DNA of 48,552 nt from Bacteroidales bacterium (GTDB lineage: Bacteria > Bacteroidota > Bacteroidia > Bacteroidales > UBA1556), in assembly GCA_016937295.1 (NCBI GenBank), contig JAFGWF010000092.1, positions 1-48,552 of the forward strand. The letters run 5' to 3'. A program made the position numbers and the translations under genes. The notes under the pieces were generated by a model. That model had not been told where the DNA came from. It searched no databases and worked only from the letters and a program-made list of their open reading frames with translations. Below, piece by piece: positions 48,232 through 48,552 of the stretch (its first letter is position 1; every line of letters begins with the position of its first letter).

Positions 48232-48552
48232 GGGTTGTAAAGTGGCTTCGCCGTAAAGGGTTGTAAAGTGGCTTCGCCGTAAAGGATTGTAAAGTGGCTT
48301 CGCCGGAAGGTGTGGTAAAGTGGCTTTGCCGGAATGGATTGTAAAGTGGCTTCGCCGTAAAGGGTTGTAAAGTGGCTTCGCCGGAAAGGTTGGTAAAGTG
48401 GCTTCGCCGTAAAGGGTTGTAAAGTGGCTTCGCCGTAAGGGGTTGTAAAGTGGCTGCGCCGTAAGGGGTTGTAAAGTGGCTTCGCCGTAAAGGGTTGTAA
48501 AGTGGCTTCGCCGTAAGGGGTTGTAAAGTGGCTTCGCCGTAAGGGGTTGTAA
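48228..48552. repeat. 26-bp tandem array (GTAAAGTGGCTTCGCC core plus 10-nt variable linker), at least 12 units, truncated by the window end
   Basis: Cores start at 48237, 48263, 48289 ... 48523 (exact 26-nt period), partial core at 48549; linker consensus GTAARGGGTT. Confidence 0.97.

Noticed and set aside
48228-48552. CRISPR or TIGR-type guide array
   Set aside because: The core is only 16 nt. The 10-nt linkers are variants of one consensus, with several identical copies, rather than unique spacers. No box C/D motifs and no cas or Nop-domain gene in the window.
48228-48552. Telomere or G-quadruplex array (AAGGGTT at the sequence end)
   Set aside because: GGG runs are about 26 nt apart and absent from several units. 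The context is ordinary chromosome, and ending inside a repeat is more simply a window or assembly break.
1-48552. Prophage, IS, integron, tRNA or rRNA
   Set aside because: No transposase, integrase or phage motifs among the ORFs, and no cloverleaf or rRNA-like segment seen in the intergenic gaps

Overview
AT-rich chromosomal window from a Bacteroidetes genome, most likely an anaerobic Bacteroidales-type organism. Evidence: TAnnTTTG promoters, T9SS cargo proteins, RNase Y, an Rnf complex and futalosine-pathway mqnE. Most of it is housekeeping and envelope genes: degP, dapF, mltG, waaA, rny, 6S RNA, zapA, ruvB, queG, tolC plus adaptor, mqnE, psd, cdsA, ftsH, rsfS, birA, cpdB, rseC, rnfBCDGEA, pfkB, lptD, amidase and mlaD. 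I found no transposase, integrase, phage gene, tRNA, rRNA or true CRISPR array. Best leads: (1) an operon of TlpA (CxxC), a beta-barrel whose only two Cys form a C-terminal CVGGVC, and an Omp28 (CxxC) lipoprotein, which reads like a thiol-disulfide relay across the outer membrane; (2) a strictly phased 26-bp array of GCGAAGC mini-hairpins with variable C-free linkers that starts in the mlaD stop codon and runs off the window; (3) an OprC-type copper TonB receptor (CxxxM and HxM) with a small surface-lipoprotein neighbour; (4) a stand-alone ATP-cone/PD-(D/E)xK nuclease fusion; (5) a candidate ECF-sigma-driven sRNA upstream of ruvB; (6) tandem Fur-like boxes between a divergent rseC and the rnf operon. 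All family calls come from motif recognition; no searches were run.
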